A stretch of 64,000 nt of DNA from a virus (IMGVR_UViG_3300012348_000120), one strand, 5' to 3'; numbered from the stretch's first letter, positions 19,013-29,072 are shown. The notes: generated by a model from the letters alone, not told the origin. Numbers and translations: made by a program.

Positions 19013-20140
19013 TTACATCCCCATCCATATTGCGCACTCATCCCACTTGGTGTTGGTGGTCAAGTGCTTTTCAATATGCTTCAAGATCATTTCGCGGCCA
19101 TCTTTGCCAACAAAACGACCAAACACATACTGCGGAGCAAACGAGTCATTCTTCTGAATCGTGGGCATCCATTCCTGTGCATACCGCTTACGGTCCAGAC
19201 CAGATGCCACAACAGTGTTGTAGTAACGGTCATAACCTTCAATCAAGGAATGCAGACGTTCCGCAAACCGCAGTTCAAAGTTGACGATGCGTTCTTTGGT
19301 GGCATTCGGCAACAAACCAACAGCGTCATCAATCTCTTCGTTCAAGATCAACGAAACGATGTTACGGTCAAACGTTACACGGTCCAACGTCTTGTGAATG
19401 CGGACATACCAGTCGTTTTTGATTTTGATCATATGACCATCAGCAAAGCGAATGATGTCGCCTTCGCGGTTCTCACGCTCACGAGCCTTGGCAATGTAGT
19501 CCGACAAGGATTCGTTTACCGAACCATAAACAGGAACAACATTGAACGGAACATCTTCATTGAACGGAACGTATTCACCAGTCAAGTTGTCACGAATAGC
19601 CAACAGAACCAAGTCTGCGGTTTCATAGGGCAACACAATCTGATTGTCGGGAGCAACATACTCAAAGATAGGAGTTTTGTTGTCGGCAATCATGATTTCA
19701 ATGAACTTGATCCGTTCTTCGTTCAGCAACTTTTCTGCATCTTCTGCAATATCAGTCACGCCCATCTTGGTGCCAAGACGGAACGAACCATTCAGAGGAA
19801 CAGGACGGATCATAGAACCATCCATTTTTTCCATAATGGTATGCGGAGCGGAAATATCAATCTCGTTGGACTGAGTTTCAGGACGTTCATTCACGTTGAA
19901 GAACTTATGAAACGGACGAGAGATCAGTTTGCCTTCTTTGTCGAAAATCAAACCACGACATTCGCGACGAATAGCACCGCCAAGGTCTTCGGGACCAATC
20001 ATATCAAACGTGTCAATCATAGACACGGCATAGTTGATGACAGTATAGTCGCCTTTGTCAGCAACGATAAACTCGTCACGACCTTCAATATGAGGCAACA
20101 CGTCATTGATAGTGCGGATTTCGGGGAACTTATATTTCAT
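19013..20140 (-). CDS. T4 Rnl1-like RNA ligase
   Basis: RECRGLIFD, RPFHKFFN, EKMDGS (KxDG), EGDII, KIKNDWY. Confidence 0.9.
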   Translation of the reverse strand: MKYKFPEIRTINDVLPHIEGRDEFIVADKGDYTVINYAVSMIDTFDMIGPEDLGGAIRRECRGLIFDKEGKLISRPFHKFFNVNERPETQSNEIDISAPHTIMEKMDGSMIRPVPLNGSFRLGTKMGVTDIAEDAEKLLNEERIKFIEIMIADNKTPIFEYVAPDNQIVLPYETADLVLLAIRDNLTGEYVPFNEDVPFNVVPVYGSVNESLSDYIAKARERENREGDIIRFADGHMIKIKNDWYVRIHKTLDRVTFDRNIVSLILNEEIDDAVGLLPNATKERIVNFELRFAERLHSLIEGYDRYYNTVVASGLDRKRYAQEWMPTIQKNDSFAPQYVFGRFVGKDGREMILKHIEKHLTTNTKWDECAIWMGM

Positions 20141-20205
20141 GATGGTGCCTCTCTTTCTTACTCAAACAACATAGCATAGACACTTGGCAGTGTCAATATG
20201 TTTTT

Positions 20206-20358
20206 TCAATCAATCCAAGTTTTGGTTTCGATGATCTTGCCGCAGCATTTGCAGTAGGTGATATACACAGTGTAGTAGAAGCCTTCTTGGACGGTGATTA
20301 CGTCCTTGAACTTTTCAGTATCGCTGTGGTTTTCTTTGTCTTTGCAGCAGTCGTTCAT
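20206..20358 (-). CDS. small Cys-rich protein (not in ORF track)
   Basis: MNDCCKDKENH...YCKCCGKIIETKTWID, 50 aa, downstream of a promoter. Confidence 0.5.
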   Translation of the reverse strand: MNDCCKDKENHSDTEKFKDVITVQEGFYYTVYITYCKCCGKIIETKTWID

Positions 20359-20386
20359 CGCTTCCCTCTCGTCTTGTTACAAGATA

Positions 20387-20415
20387 TGTATAGCGTGATT
20401 CGTATGAAATGTCAA
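20387..20415 (-). promoter_or_regulatory. sigma70 promoter with CGAATCA in spacer
   Basis: TTGACA-N7-CGAATCA-N3-TATACA. Confidence 0.85.
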
Positions 20416-20939
20416 GCAGCTTTGTATTCAGCAAAGAACATTTCTTTACCTTTCGCACAAAGATGGAGAGTAGAAAACCAAGAGTCAAATGACTGAATGG
20501 TTTCGTTCACCTTGAAATCTACTTCGGCAAAACGTTCTGCTTTTTTCAGATATTTGCGAACCCTTGCTTCCAGACGCACAACAGCATTTGGCTTTTGGTT
20601 GGGGGGAGAAGGACGAAACTTTTCAGCATCCTTGGTTCCACGATTGTTATTGCAAGCATAGCAAGATGCAGCAAGGTTTGCCCATTCGTTGGTTCCACCC
20701 TTTGATTTCGGAATGACATGCTCAACGGTCACACTGTTGCGTTTGCCATGAACTTCATGCATATAGCAACCGCAGAAGCAGCATTTCCAGTTCTGTGCTT
20801 CTGCGAGACGAGTGCGAAGATAAACCCATTTAGATTGTTTGTGTGCCAACCGAGCGGTCAACGAGTCTTCATAAATTTCACGAAAATATTTCGCATCATT
20901 CGGAGTCTCGTTGATGATCGGCATAACGTCAAACTTCAT
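20412..20939 (-). CDS. HNH endonuclease
   Basis: CCFCG...TVEHVIPKSKGG...NLAASCYACN. Confidence 0.9.
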   Translation of the reverse strand: MKFDVMPIINETPNDAKYFREIYEDSLTARLAHKQSKWVYLRTRLAEAQNWKCCFCGCYMHEVHGKRNSVTVEHVIPKSKGGTNEWANLAASCYACNNNRGTKDAEKFRPSPPNQKPNAVVRLEARVRKYLKKAERFAEVDFKVNETIQSFDSWFSTLHLCAKGKEMFFAEYKAA

Positions 20940-20966
20940 ATCGGCTTCCTCTCTGGATACAGATTA

Positions 20967-20995
20967 TGTATACAGTGATTCGTTCCGAATGTCAA
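20967..20995 (-). promoter_or_regulatory. sigma70 promoter with CGAATCA in spacer
   Basis: TTGACA-N7-CGAATCA-N3-TATACA. Confidence 0.85.
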
Positions 20996-21273
20996 GCATG
21001 TTTTGACGCAGAATCAAGCAGCGCCATTAGAGTTTCACCCATAAATCGCTGACTATCAGCAAGGTCCATATTCAGCAGTTCGCTGTCATTACCTTGAATT
21101 TGTTTACGAGAGTATTCAATATCTGTAGCCAGAACTTCAAGGTCTTCAGCAAGATTTGGATGCAGATATGAAACTGCACGAGCGATTGATTGAAGTTCAA
21201 ATGTCGCAGTTTGAATACGACTGTGAGAGGCAGAAGTATTCCGCCAAAGTTCTTCGCGTTTCGCATCCATCAT
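20992..21273 (-). CDS. hypothetical protein
   Basis: 93 aa. Confidence 0.5.
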   Translation of the reverse strand: MMDAKREELWRNTSASHSRIQTATFELQSIARAVSYLHPNLAEDLEVLATDIEYSRKQIQGNDSELLNMDLADSQRFMGETLMALLDSASKHA

Positions 21274-21430
21274 TCCGCAACCTCTCGCTCTACAACCTCA
21301 TCACCGTCTTCAAGGTATTCATCACCCATATATTCAGAATACGAGCGATACTTTTTGTTGAAAACGACTTTCATTTTTCTGACTACAACTTCAACGTAGC
21401 CATGGTCAGACGAGGGGACTAAAACTTTCA

Positions 21431-21712
21431 TCACAGGGGTCCATACATAAGTTCGTTACGGGCTTTTTCCCAATCAAATTCTTCAATCGCACGTTCACCA
21501 GCGATGGGAGAATACTTACCCCAAGTGAATACGCGGTAGACTTTCACGTATTCCTCAAGACCTTTCATCTTGGAACGATCACTCGCCCAACCAACAGCAC
21601 GAGTCACATCGGCAGTGGTGCCAAACACACCATCATAGTCCATCACGACATAACCAACGAAATCGGTGGTTTCAGCGATGTTGCGGATTTCAAGAGGGAA
21701 GGTCATTGGCAT
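21431..21712 (-). CDS. hypothetical protein
   Basis: 93 aa, behind a promoter and RBS. Confidence 0.55.
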   Translation of the reverse strand: MPMTFPLEIRNIAETTDFVGYVVMDYDGVFGTTADVTRAVGWASDRSKMKGLEEYVKVYRVFTWGKYSPIAGERAIEEFDWEKARNELMYGPL

Positions 21713-21738
21713 ATCTCCTTGTTGCCGATTACATAGTA

Positions 21739-21767
21739 TGTGTATCTGATTCGCGGGCGTTTGTCAA
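21739..21767 (-). promoter_or_regulatory. sigma70 promoter with CGAATCA in spacer
   Basis: TTGACA-N8-CGAATCA-N2-TACACA. Confidence 0.75.
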
Positions 21768-22042
21768 GAAGAATATAGAAAAGATTCCAGAGGAATGTAT
21801 ACGCGACCTGGAATTTCCATTCGCTTCACGCATTCCTCTTGTTCTTCTGTTTCGGGCGCAAAGACAAGATCGTCAATCATAAAATGACCAGCAGCACCAT
21901 CCCACACGCCACGAAACATCAAACCATTTTTGGCTTTCATAATCAGCAACGGCTGATCTTCATCATCTGTTTTTGGAAACTCTGAGATGGGACGCATATA
22001 GTCCAGATAGTTGATACGCACTTCGTCCATTTCGTCTCTCAA
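21764..22042 (-). CDS. hypothetical protein
   Basis: 92 aa. Confidence 0.5.
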   Translation of the reverse strand: MRDEMDEVRINYLDYMRPISEFPKTDDEDQPLLIMKAKNGLMFRGVWDGAAGHFMIDDLVFAPETEEQEECVKRMEIPGRVYIPLESFLYSS

Positions 22043-22404
22043 TACATCAGGTAGGTTACAGCTTTGATATTCGTTTCGGCTTCACCGATTTCAAGTGCGA
22101 CTTTCTTTGCTTCTTCTACCGCTTCAAGGAACGTAAGAGCATGAACCTTGTAAGGAGTCATCCGACCAACAAACTTCACTTCCCACACCGACTTGGTAAC
22201 AACGGGTTCTGCTTTTACTTCTTTGACTTCATGCAGAACACTCACGTTGCGACGACCCATCTTCTCCCAATGAAAGAAGTAATCTTCTTTCATTTTTTCA
22301 CAGAAAATCTCAAACGCTTCATGTTCAGTAGCAGCTTCAATTTCAAGATCAATCGACATTCCGCTCACCGGACCATATTCACCGACGACAAGATACTTGG
22401 TCAT
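22039..22404 (-). CDS. hypothetical protein
   Basis: 121 aa. Confidence 0.55.
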   Translation of the reverse strand: MTKYLVVGEYGPVSGMSIDLEIEAATEHEAFEIFCEKMKEDYFFHWEKMGRRNVSVLHEVKEVKAEPVVTKSVWEVKFVGRMTPYKVHALTFLEAVEEAKKVALEIGEAETNIKAVTYLMY

Positions 22405-22431
22405 TTCTCTCTCCTTGCTGACTACAGATTA

Positions 22432-22460
22432 TGTATACACTGATTCGTTCAGATTGTCAA
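22432..22460 (-). promoter_or_regulatory. sigma70 promoter with CGAATCA in spacer
   Basis: TTGACA-N7-CGAATCA-N3-TATACA. Confidence 0.85.
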
Positions 22461-22723
22461 GCCCAAGATACTTCAATCCACACATCAACAAACTGTAGGT
22501 CTTCACTTCGTGTGTTCACATTGTAACCAAGTTCAATAAGTTTTGTGTTCACCTCTGGGTTTTTGAAACGAGCCGAATACCCATGAAAAATACAATAATC
22601 ATATGGAACACGAATGTCTGTCTTTCCTTTGGCAGCAGCACTGCGAATCATTTTATCCAGTTCATCCAACACTTTTTCAATTGGAGCACCAGCAATTTCT
22701 TTTGCTTCTTTTGCACTAATCAT
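22457..22723 (-). CDS. hypothetical protein
   Basis: 88 aa. Confidence 0.5.
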   Translation of the reverse strand: MISAKEAKEIAGAPIEKVLDELDKMIRSAAAKGKTDIRVPYDYCIFHGYSARFKNPEVNTKLIELGYNVNTRSEDLQFVDVWIEVSWA

Positions 22724-22734
22724 ATCTTTTCCTT

Positions 22735-23016
22735 TCAGAGAAACATAGAGCGTTCAATGGTGATCGGAGCACCCAAGTCTCGCACACGAAACTGTTTACG
22801 AACCGAGTAACCACGTTCTTCGCAGAAGTTTTTATACCACTGTTCTTCATCGACACACTGTTCATTGGCAGCTTCTAATGTCGTAAACGACCATTTCAGT
22901 TGCCAGTTGTTGTCTGGGTCAATACCGTTGAGACGATAGTGTGCCTTATGTTCTTCGGGCAAATCTTCCAGATATTCAACAACAAAGCGATTGACAGTTT
23001 CAGTGTAGGTATTCAT
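22735..23016 (-). CDS. hypothetical protein
   Basis: 93 aa. Confidence 0.5.
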   Translation of the reverse strand: MNTYTETVNRFVVEYLEDLPEEHKAHYRLNGIDPDNNWQLKWSFTTLEAANEQCVDEEQWYKNFCEERGYSVRKQFRVRDLGAPITIERSMFL

Positions 23017-23237
23017 TCTGTTTTCCTCTCAACGATCCCAGTTGTTTTCATTCAACCATTCTTGAACAGTTCCCCAAACTACCAGATGAGTCAGAACCCC
23101 GATGGCGATTGCCCAGTTGGGGAGAACAGCGGGGGCAAAAACCCACACGATGCCACCAAGAAAGAAGGGAGCAAGAATGGTCCAAAACATATAAAAAGCA
23201 AAGCGCATCTATGTTTCTCCTTAGTGGCTACAGATTA

Positions 23238-23266
23238 TGTATACAGTGATTCGTCACCACTGTCAA
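23238..23266 (-). promoter_or_regulatory. sigma70 promoter with CGAATCA in spacer
   Basis: TTGACA-N7-CGAATCA-N3-TATACA. Confidence 0.85.
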
Positions 23267-23268
23267 CA

Positions 23269-23529
23269 TCAAAAGTAGTTTCGTTCCCAGTATTCTTCAT
23301 TTTCTTTTTCAATACCAACCCATTCGTCAATGAGTTCAAGAACTGTGTCAGGTGAAACTATATATGGTTCTTCCCAATCGGGGTCTTCGTGTGACGAATA
23401 CACAGAGCGACCGCCATACTGAACATGAAAGCATTCACTTTCATCTTCATAGATGCGAATGCCACCCCATTCTTCGTAGGTGTTCCAGTTTGCTTCATAT
23501 ACAAGATTCATGTTTGTTTCCTCGTTCAC
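23269..23529 (-). CDS. hypothetical protein
   Basis: 86 aa acidic ORF. Confidence 0.5.
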   Translation of the reverse strand: MNEETNMNLVYEANWNTYEEWGGIRIYEDESECFHVQYGGRSVYSSHEDPDWEEPYIVSPDTVLELIDEWVGIEKENEEYWERNYF

Positions 23530-23779
23530 AAGTAATGTATATAGAAGTTTACAAAGAAAGTCAAATAAAAAAGGCGACCGAAGCCGCCTTTTCTTTTATT
23601 TTGTAAGCAACTCATAGATGTCATCTGGTAAAATGCCATCGTGTTTCCCAAGAATGGAGACTGCATTTACTGCCGCAAGTTTTCTATTGCGTTCATCGTT
23701 TGCTTTCCATACCGCCGCCATCCAAGTAACATACTCTTTTGAAGAAGTATCAGAAAGGTCTTTTGGCGCTGAAGGAAAA

Positions 23780-25198
23780 TCACTCATAGCGAGACACCAT
23801 TTCAGGTTCAGGTTTGACAACCGCACGTTCACGGATTGCTTCAAACGTATCTTCAAGAATAAGATCACCGTTTTCATACACTGTGCGAAGAACTTTGTCT
23901 TCTTCACGAGCGTTCTTTTCTTCTACAGTTCTGAAACCGCAGCTTCCAAGACCGCATTCATGAACCAGTTCAAGGCGTCCTTTCTTAGAAAGTTTACCTT
24001 TGTCTGTGATAGGGTCTTTGTAAACATCAACCCAAACACCGTTCACAAGTGCAGCAGAACACTTCATCGCAAACTTCTGATCATCGCGTTGTGGAGCACC
24101 AAGTAGAGCACCACCCATACCAAAGGCAACGTTGTCAGCACAGAAACCATTTTCTTTCAGGCTTTCAAGAATAGCCTTGACACTATCTGCATTGATGCCA
24201 TCACCTTGAATGATGCGAACATGATTTAGAAGTTTGTAACCTTTTGCGTTTACAGTTGAACCAAAAGTCTTGTCCAACAGTTTTGCAACTTGTGTAACAA
24301 CCTCAACTGGATCACCAGAGTCGGGACGGACAACAAGAGTTGCACCAGACTTGATTACATCTTCGCGAAGTTCACCACCCCACAGGTTCTCAACAGCGTT
24401 GAAAATATCATAGCTGTCAGAAACAACAGCAAGGATTGACCCAGGTTTAGCGAACTGTTTCAGCATATTTTTGTATGCTTTGACTTCGTTTTCACGACCC
24501 CAAGAGGTGATGGTGCTATGTTCAGCCGCAGGAATAGAGAACCCTGCCATTGGCATTTTGTAGTAGCGTTTTGCGCCAACTACAGCAGCAATAGTATCAG
24601 TCCCCATAAAGCTGACCAAGTGAGCCATACCGCCAAGAGTGGCAGATTCATGCGAAGATGTTCCTCGCGCACCGAAGTCGTGTAGTTTGAAGTTGAGTCC
24701 AGCGAGATCGCCACCAGTTTCAACCATGAACTTCTGAATGATTTTCTTGATTTCACGGCTGGTAGTGGCAACAGTGGTTGGATACCAGATTGCACGAAGC
24801 AATGCAGTTTCCAAGTAGGTGGTCAACCAGAAACACTTTGGGTCAGTGTTTTCAACAGTAACCATTGCGTTGTGAACAGGAATCACAGTTCCTTCAGGCG
24901 CGGCTTTGATGCGAATAGGAAGTTTTCCGCCAAGTTCCTTGACGATGTATTCCCAACCTTCGCGGTTGAATGGTTCACCATGTGCAGTCCAGATTTCTTC
25001 TGCTTCATCAACGTCTGCCATCGTGATTGGTTCAAGCATATATTCTTTGATGAACGCTTGTAGACCGAAGAACACCAGTTCTTTGTATTTTCCGCCACGG
25101 CTTTCAATGTAGCTGAATACAGTTTCTGTATTTTCAGGGTATTGAACGAACATTGACGCTTTGTAGCTGTCGGTGTTTAGTAGTAGATTACTTTTCAT
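23780..25198 (-). CDS. nadV: nicotinamide phosphoribosyltransferase (NAMPT)
   Basis: LLLNTDSYKASM, LHDFGARG, IPAAEHSTITSWG, RPDSGDP, IIQGDGI. Confidence 0.95.
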   Translation of the reverse strand: MKSNLLLNTDSYKASMFVQYPENTETVFSYIESRGGKYKELVFFGLQAFIKEYMLEPITMADVDEAEEIWTAHGEPFNREGWEYIVKELGGKLPIRIKAAPEGTVIPVHNAMVTVENTDPKCFWLTTYLETALLRAIWYPTTVATTSREIKKIIQKFMVETGGDLAGLNFKLHDFGARGTSSHESATLGGMAHLVSFMGTDTIAAVVGAKRYYKMPMAGFSIPAAEHSTITSWGRENEVKAYKNMLKQFAKPGSILAVVSDSYDIFNAVENLWGGELREDVIKSGATLVVRPDSGDPVEVVTQVAKLLDKTFGSTVNAKGYKLLNHVRIIQGDGINADSVKAILESLKENGFCADNVAFGMGGALLGAPQRDDQKFAMKCSAALVNGVWVDVYKDPITDKGKLSKKGRLELVHECGLGSCGFRTVEEKNAREEDKVLRTVYENGDLILEDTFEAIRERAVVKPEPEMVSRYE

Positions 25199-25224
25199 AA
25201 TAGAACTCCTCTATTGTTAGATTG

Positions 25225-25241
25225 CCAAACTCTCTGTTTGG
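25225..25241 (-). promoter_or_regulatory. leader hairpin CCAAAC-AGAGA-GTTTGG upstream of nadV
   Basis: Perfect 6-bp stem, 26 nt upstream of the ATG. Confidence 0.6.
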
Positions 25242-25282
25242 ACTTGATGACATTACCACGTCATTGTGATAATGTCAATAGG

Positions 25283-25591
25283 TTATGCAGCGGTTGGTCT
25301 GGATTCTTGCCATTCTTTTGTCCACCTTGGCAACTCACGATACCCAACAGGCCAATCATTTAGCCCAATATCAGTTAGTTTGCCGCAGCATGGACACTTG
25401 AACGAAACCGCTGGATCACGACCACCCCAAGTTGGGCTATCGTTTCCTTGAAAATATCGTAGATCATCAAACTCAAGTTCAAGCAATGCTTCACAGCCAT
25501 TGCCGCTATTGCCCCAACCATTACAGCGATGCTGTAACGACCAAGTATTTTTTCCGTTTTTTCCCGCTTCAAGAATCTTCATTTTACTCAC
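25283..25591 (-). CDS. hypothetical Zn-ribbon protein
   Basis: C..C and CPCC motifs. Confidence 0.55.
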   Translation of the reverse strand: MSKMKILEAGKNGKNTWSLQHRCNGWGNSGNGCEALLELEFDDLRYFQGNDSPTWGGRDPAVSFKCPCCGKLTDIGLNDWPVGYRELPRWTKEWQESRPTAA

Positions 25592-26679
25592 CCGATGTTG
25601 ATAAAGTTGTCAATGATGTGAAAGTGATCTTCAAACATCTTTTCTTGCTTCACTTGGTTGAAGGGAACCCAGAATGCTTTCTCAGCATCATCGGAGCCTT
25701 TCACCTTTGGCAACTCGCCTACACCAAGATCAATATGGAATGCTTGCGTAATGGTGCGACCACGAGAAGAACGGTTCGGAGCATCAAAAGTCTTGGAACC
25801 CTTGATAGAACCTTTCAGCACTGGGACAGGAACCTTGATTTTGGTTTCTTCTTTCAATTCACGAATAGCACCATCAAGCATAGTTTCATCTTGGTTCAGG
25901 AAACCGCCAGGGAGCGCCCATTGGCCCTTGCCAGGCATATCCCCACGCTTAACCAGCAGGATGTGGCCAGACTGCACTACAACGGCGTCTACGGTCATAA
26001 AGGTAGGCGGGAAAGGTGCAGCCTTCCATGCTTCCTTATATTTCTTGACCATCTGGTATTCTTGGAATAGAGTCTCAAACCAAGGAGAAACCACACTGTC
26101 TTTCATAATAATAGAGTGCATAGTCTCTACTGCCCGTTTGTTCATAGTTTTAGCAACAAATTGTTCATAAATTTTATGAATAACAGTTGGAAGAATAGTT
26201 GAACTATCAGGAGAAGATGCAAACAGCGCCTCACGAATGTCAGTAGCGTTGATTCCACCGACATCAGGAACTTCAACATGGTTCTTCCATCGAGGGAAGA
26301 TGTTCAAGTAGTAGCTGGTGCTGTCTTTTGAGTGACCAATCAGGCCAACGTCTTGTGCATGAGGAATAGTTTCGTCAACAATCTTCTGGATTGCATTGAC
26401 CCATTTGTTGTCATCATACGGAAAGTCCGAGACGGGAACAATGTGAAGTCGCTTCAACCTTTCATGAAATTTTGCCTTTCCAGTTTCTTCTGGAAACACG
26501 GCTTCAATCATAGCCTTGCGTTCTTGGAATGTAAAGGGATTACGAATATTACGAGCAGCGAAACTTGAGCCTACGACTACAACGACTTCTTTTGCTTGTT
26601 CAAGTGCAGCATCGATAACTGCTTTGTGTCCATTGTGAAACGGCTGGAACCGACCGATAAAAACGAGTGCGTCTCGCAT
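25588..26679 (-). CDS. nadM: bifunctional NMN adenylyltransferase / ADP-ribose pyrophosphatase (NadM-Nudix)
   Basis: IGRFQPFHNGH; Nudix box GGFLNQDETMLDGAIRELKEET. Confidence 0.93.
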   Translation of the reverse strand: MRDALVFIGRFQPFHNGHKAVIDAALEQAKEVVVVVGSSFAARNIRNPFTFQERKAMIEAVFPEETGKAKFHERLKRLHIVPVSDFPYDDNKWVNAIQKIVDETIPHAQDVGLIGHSKDSTSYYLNIFPRWKNHVEVPDVGGINATDIREALFASSPDSSTILPTVIHKIYEQFVAKTMNKRAVETMHSIIMKDSVVSPWFETLFQEYQMVKKYKEAWKAAPFPPTFMTVDAVVVQSGHILLVKRGDMPGKGQWALPGGFLNQDETMLDGAIRELKEETKIKVPVPVLKGSIKGSKTFDAPNRSSRGRTITQAFHIDLGVGELPKVKGSDDAEKAFWVPFNQVKQEKMFEDHFHIIDNFINIG

Positions 26680-26703
26680 TGCAAAAACTCCTTTTGCTGT
26701 TAT

Positions 26704-26726
26704 GTGAAGGACTCTCTGTCCTTCAC
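26704..26726 (-). promoter_or_regulatory. leader hairpin GTGAAGGAC-AGAGA-GTCCTTCAC upstream of nadM
   Basis: Perfect 9-bp stem, 24 nt upstream of the ATG. Confidence 0.65.
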
Positions 26727-26763
26727 TATTATTTATACTTTATTTTCAAATATTTGTCAAGCA

Positions 26764-27774
26764 TCAATCTTCATATTCGAACTCTTTTTCACGAGCATTC
26801 ATCACATCAATAGAAATTTTGTTGAGTAGACGATACTCTGCATATTCTTCTGACTGCGAACCTTGATGCATAACAGGCAACCAAACTTTGCGAGTTACTT
26901 CCATAAAGCTGTTTACCATCTTACCAAGAAGTGCTTCCCGCATCAGTTCGTATGCACCTTCTTTGTTTCCAGAAATAAACATTTCCAGAATAGGGTCAGA
27001 AAAGTTTACAATATGTGCAAACCCACCACCAGCATAACCACTGCCAAATGCATGACCAAACGTGTCAGACAGAATGTGATCACGACTTCCTTCAAAGAAA
27101 TACTGACGCATAAACAGGTCATTTAGAATGTCACGCTTTTTTTGTGCGTTTTCGTCATCGTCTTTGATGATGTCATTCACAGAGCCGTGTCGTGGAGATT
27201 GTTTGTTGGCACAAAACTCCATATAATCAGGAATCAAACCAGCGAGTTTTGCGTAGGTGACATTCTTGAAATAGTATTGATCAGACTCAAATCCTTCTGG
27301 GATTTCTGCATCCTTGCGCTTATACCAATCAAAAGTCCATTCATTCCACAGACGATCAACCACATCTTTGCGAATCATAGTAAAGAAAACTTCTTTATAT
27401 TGTGGTTGACCTTCATATCCACGAAGTGGATTGTTCACACGAAGGCGTTTTTCATGAACAACTTCAAAGAACGTGTCAATATCAAAGCCTTCACGTTTTA
27501 CAGCGATGTCATGATATTTGTTCTCGCCAACTTCCATTTCAATCAGATTTTTACGAACACCGTCAACAATCAAGTCAAGAGCAACACCATTGCATTCTTC
27601 GCCCGCGCCGTAATCATTGTATTTCGCACGAAACGGAATGATGACAGGATTATATAGTGCCGTAGAATAGCAAAAACTATCACGATACGATTCCACAATA
27701 GGGAATACGTATACTTCTTCACCAGAAATGATAGGTAGACTCGTCAGGCCACAAGTTGCGTTCCAGCATCCCAT
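26764..27774 (-). CDS. hypothetical protein
   Basis: 336 aa; MGCWNATCGLTSLPI start. Confidence 0.65.
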   Translation of the reverse strand: MGCWNATCGLTSLPIISGEEVYVFPIVESYRDSFCYSTALYNPVIIPFRAKYNDYGAGEECNGVALDLIVDGVRKNLIEMEVGENKYHDIAVKREGFDIDTFFEVVHEKRLRVNNPLRGYEGQPQYKEVFFTMIRKDVVDRLWNEWTFDWYKRKDAEIPEGFESDQYYFKNVTYAKLAGLIPDYMEFCANKQSPRHGSVNDIIKDDDENAQKKRDILNDLFMRQYFFEGSRDHILSDTFGHAFGSGYAGGGFAHIVNFSDPILEMFISGNKEGAYELMREALLGKMVNSFMEVTRKVWLPVMHQGSQSEEYAEYRLLNKISIDVMNAREKEFEYED

Positions 27775-27785
27775 TTTATATTCCT

Positions 27786-28361
27786 TTATTTGTTGTTACG
27801 GATTGCAGTTGATAGATTGATAGTCAGGTTGATGCCACTACTCACATCTATCCAAAACTGAAGATGTTCATCGGAATCATAGAAAGAGTTGTTGATTGCA
27901 GTTTCGAGCAGTTTCAGCATAAAGTCAAGGTTTTTTTCTGCAAATGTGTTCACAGAAACATCGTATAGATACATACTTTCTTCCATAACCTTTGCATAGT
28001 TTATGACAGTAGTATGAGTAGAAGCCAATCCATGCAAGTCTGCACGAATCATCCAACGAGTTGCTTCATCCATATCGGGCGTGATTTCATGATGTGCGGT
28101 TGCCAGAATGATTTCGGCAGCTTTTGTTCTGTTTGGATAGTATTTCAGCAAGAAGTGAGCAGAACGTTCTTCTTTCAATGGGTCTTTATCGTATACAACA
28201 TCATGAAACAACACGGCATAATCCAAATCCTCATCGTATGGAGCATTCATACGCTCTAAAAACATATAGCATTCTTGAATATGATCTGGGTTATGGTATG
28301 CAAGATTTTTGGCATACCATAACTCAGCAAATTGATTATTACCTAACCTAGACCATTGCAT
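27786..28361 (-). CDS. HD-superfamily phosphohydrolase
   Basis: YHNPDHI...LFHDVVYD...ATAHH...ADL. Confidence 0.7.
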   Translation of the reverse strand: MQWSRLGNNQFAELWYAKNLAYHNPDHIQECYMFLERMNAPYDEDLDYAVLFHDVVYDKDPLKEERSAHFLLKYYPNRTKAAEIILATAHHEITPDMDEATRWMIRADLHGLASTHTTVINYAKVMEESMYLYDVSVNTFAEKNLDFMLKLLETAINNSFYDSDEHLQFWIDVSSGINLTINLSTAIRNNK

Positions 28362-28875
28362 TTTTCAGTTCCTTGCCACTACCATACATATCAAAAATAC
28401 CGACCTGATCAAACCCTTCATCCAGTTCGGGTTCAACATACGTATCCATCATACGATTGATGATGTCAACAGGAATGGTCTTGCCAGGCCGACCAGCCAG
28501 ACGTTTCTGCCATTCAGCATAATCTTCATCAGTGGCGGGCGGTTCAATACAATCACACACAACGCGGTAGCCCGCTTGTTTCATACGATTGATGATTTTA
28601 CGGCGCTTACCAACAGCGAGGTTCGTTTGATCCCAGATGATATCGCGCTTGTTACGAATAGCTTCATCAAGCCACTCGTTCATTTGCTTTGTGGCTTTGT
28701 CAATATACTTGTCAAATGCCATATCATACGACCATCCCATCTTGGCACCCCATTCTTCAATGAGGTTGTCGGTGCTGTAAACAAACGCATTCGGATAAAT
28801 CCGATAAAGCAACTGAACGCGAGTGCTCTTGCCGCTGCCGGGGTAGCCGACCATAACAATACAGACAGGTTTCAT
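28348..28875 (-). CDS. P-loop kinase (AAA_33, Pnk-like)
   Basis: GYPGSGKST, DQTNL..KRR. Confidence 0.8.
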   Translation of the reverse strand: MKPVCIVMVGYPGSGKSTRVQLLYRIYPNAFVYSTDNLIEEWGAKMGWSYDMAFDKYIDKATKQMNEWLDEAIRNKRDIIWDQTNLAVGKRRKIINRMKQAGYRVVCDCIEPPATDEDYAEWQKRLAGRPGKTIPVDIINRMMDTYVEPELDEGFDQVGIFDMYGSGKELKNAMV

Positions 28876-29072
28876 CGAATCGTCTCCATTACGTTTCCGC
28901 TTACACGATAATATACGCTATATTCTTCGGTTTGGCAAGACCAAAAATCTTCATATTTGGTCAAAGCCTCATTTTCATTTTCAGCCATCACGATACGAAT
29001 GTCCTGAAACTCTTTGGTGTCGCTCATATAATCAGTGCGATACACAGTGCCTTTGACCAAATACGGAATCAT
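28872..29072 (-). CDS. hypothetical protein
   Basis: 66 aa, coupled. Confidence 0.45.
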   Translation of the reverse strand: MIPYLVKGTVYRTDYMSDTKEFQDIRIVMAENENEALTKYEDFWSCQTEEYSVYYRVSGNVMETIR

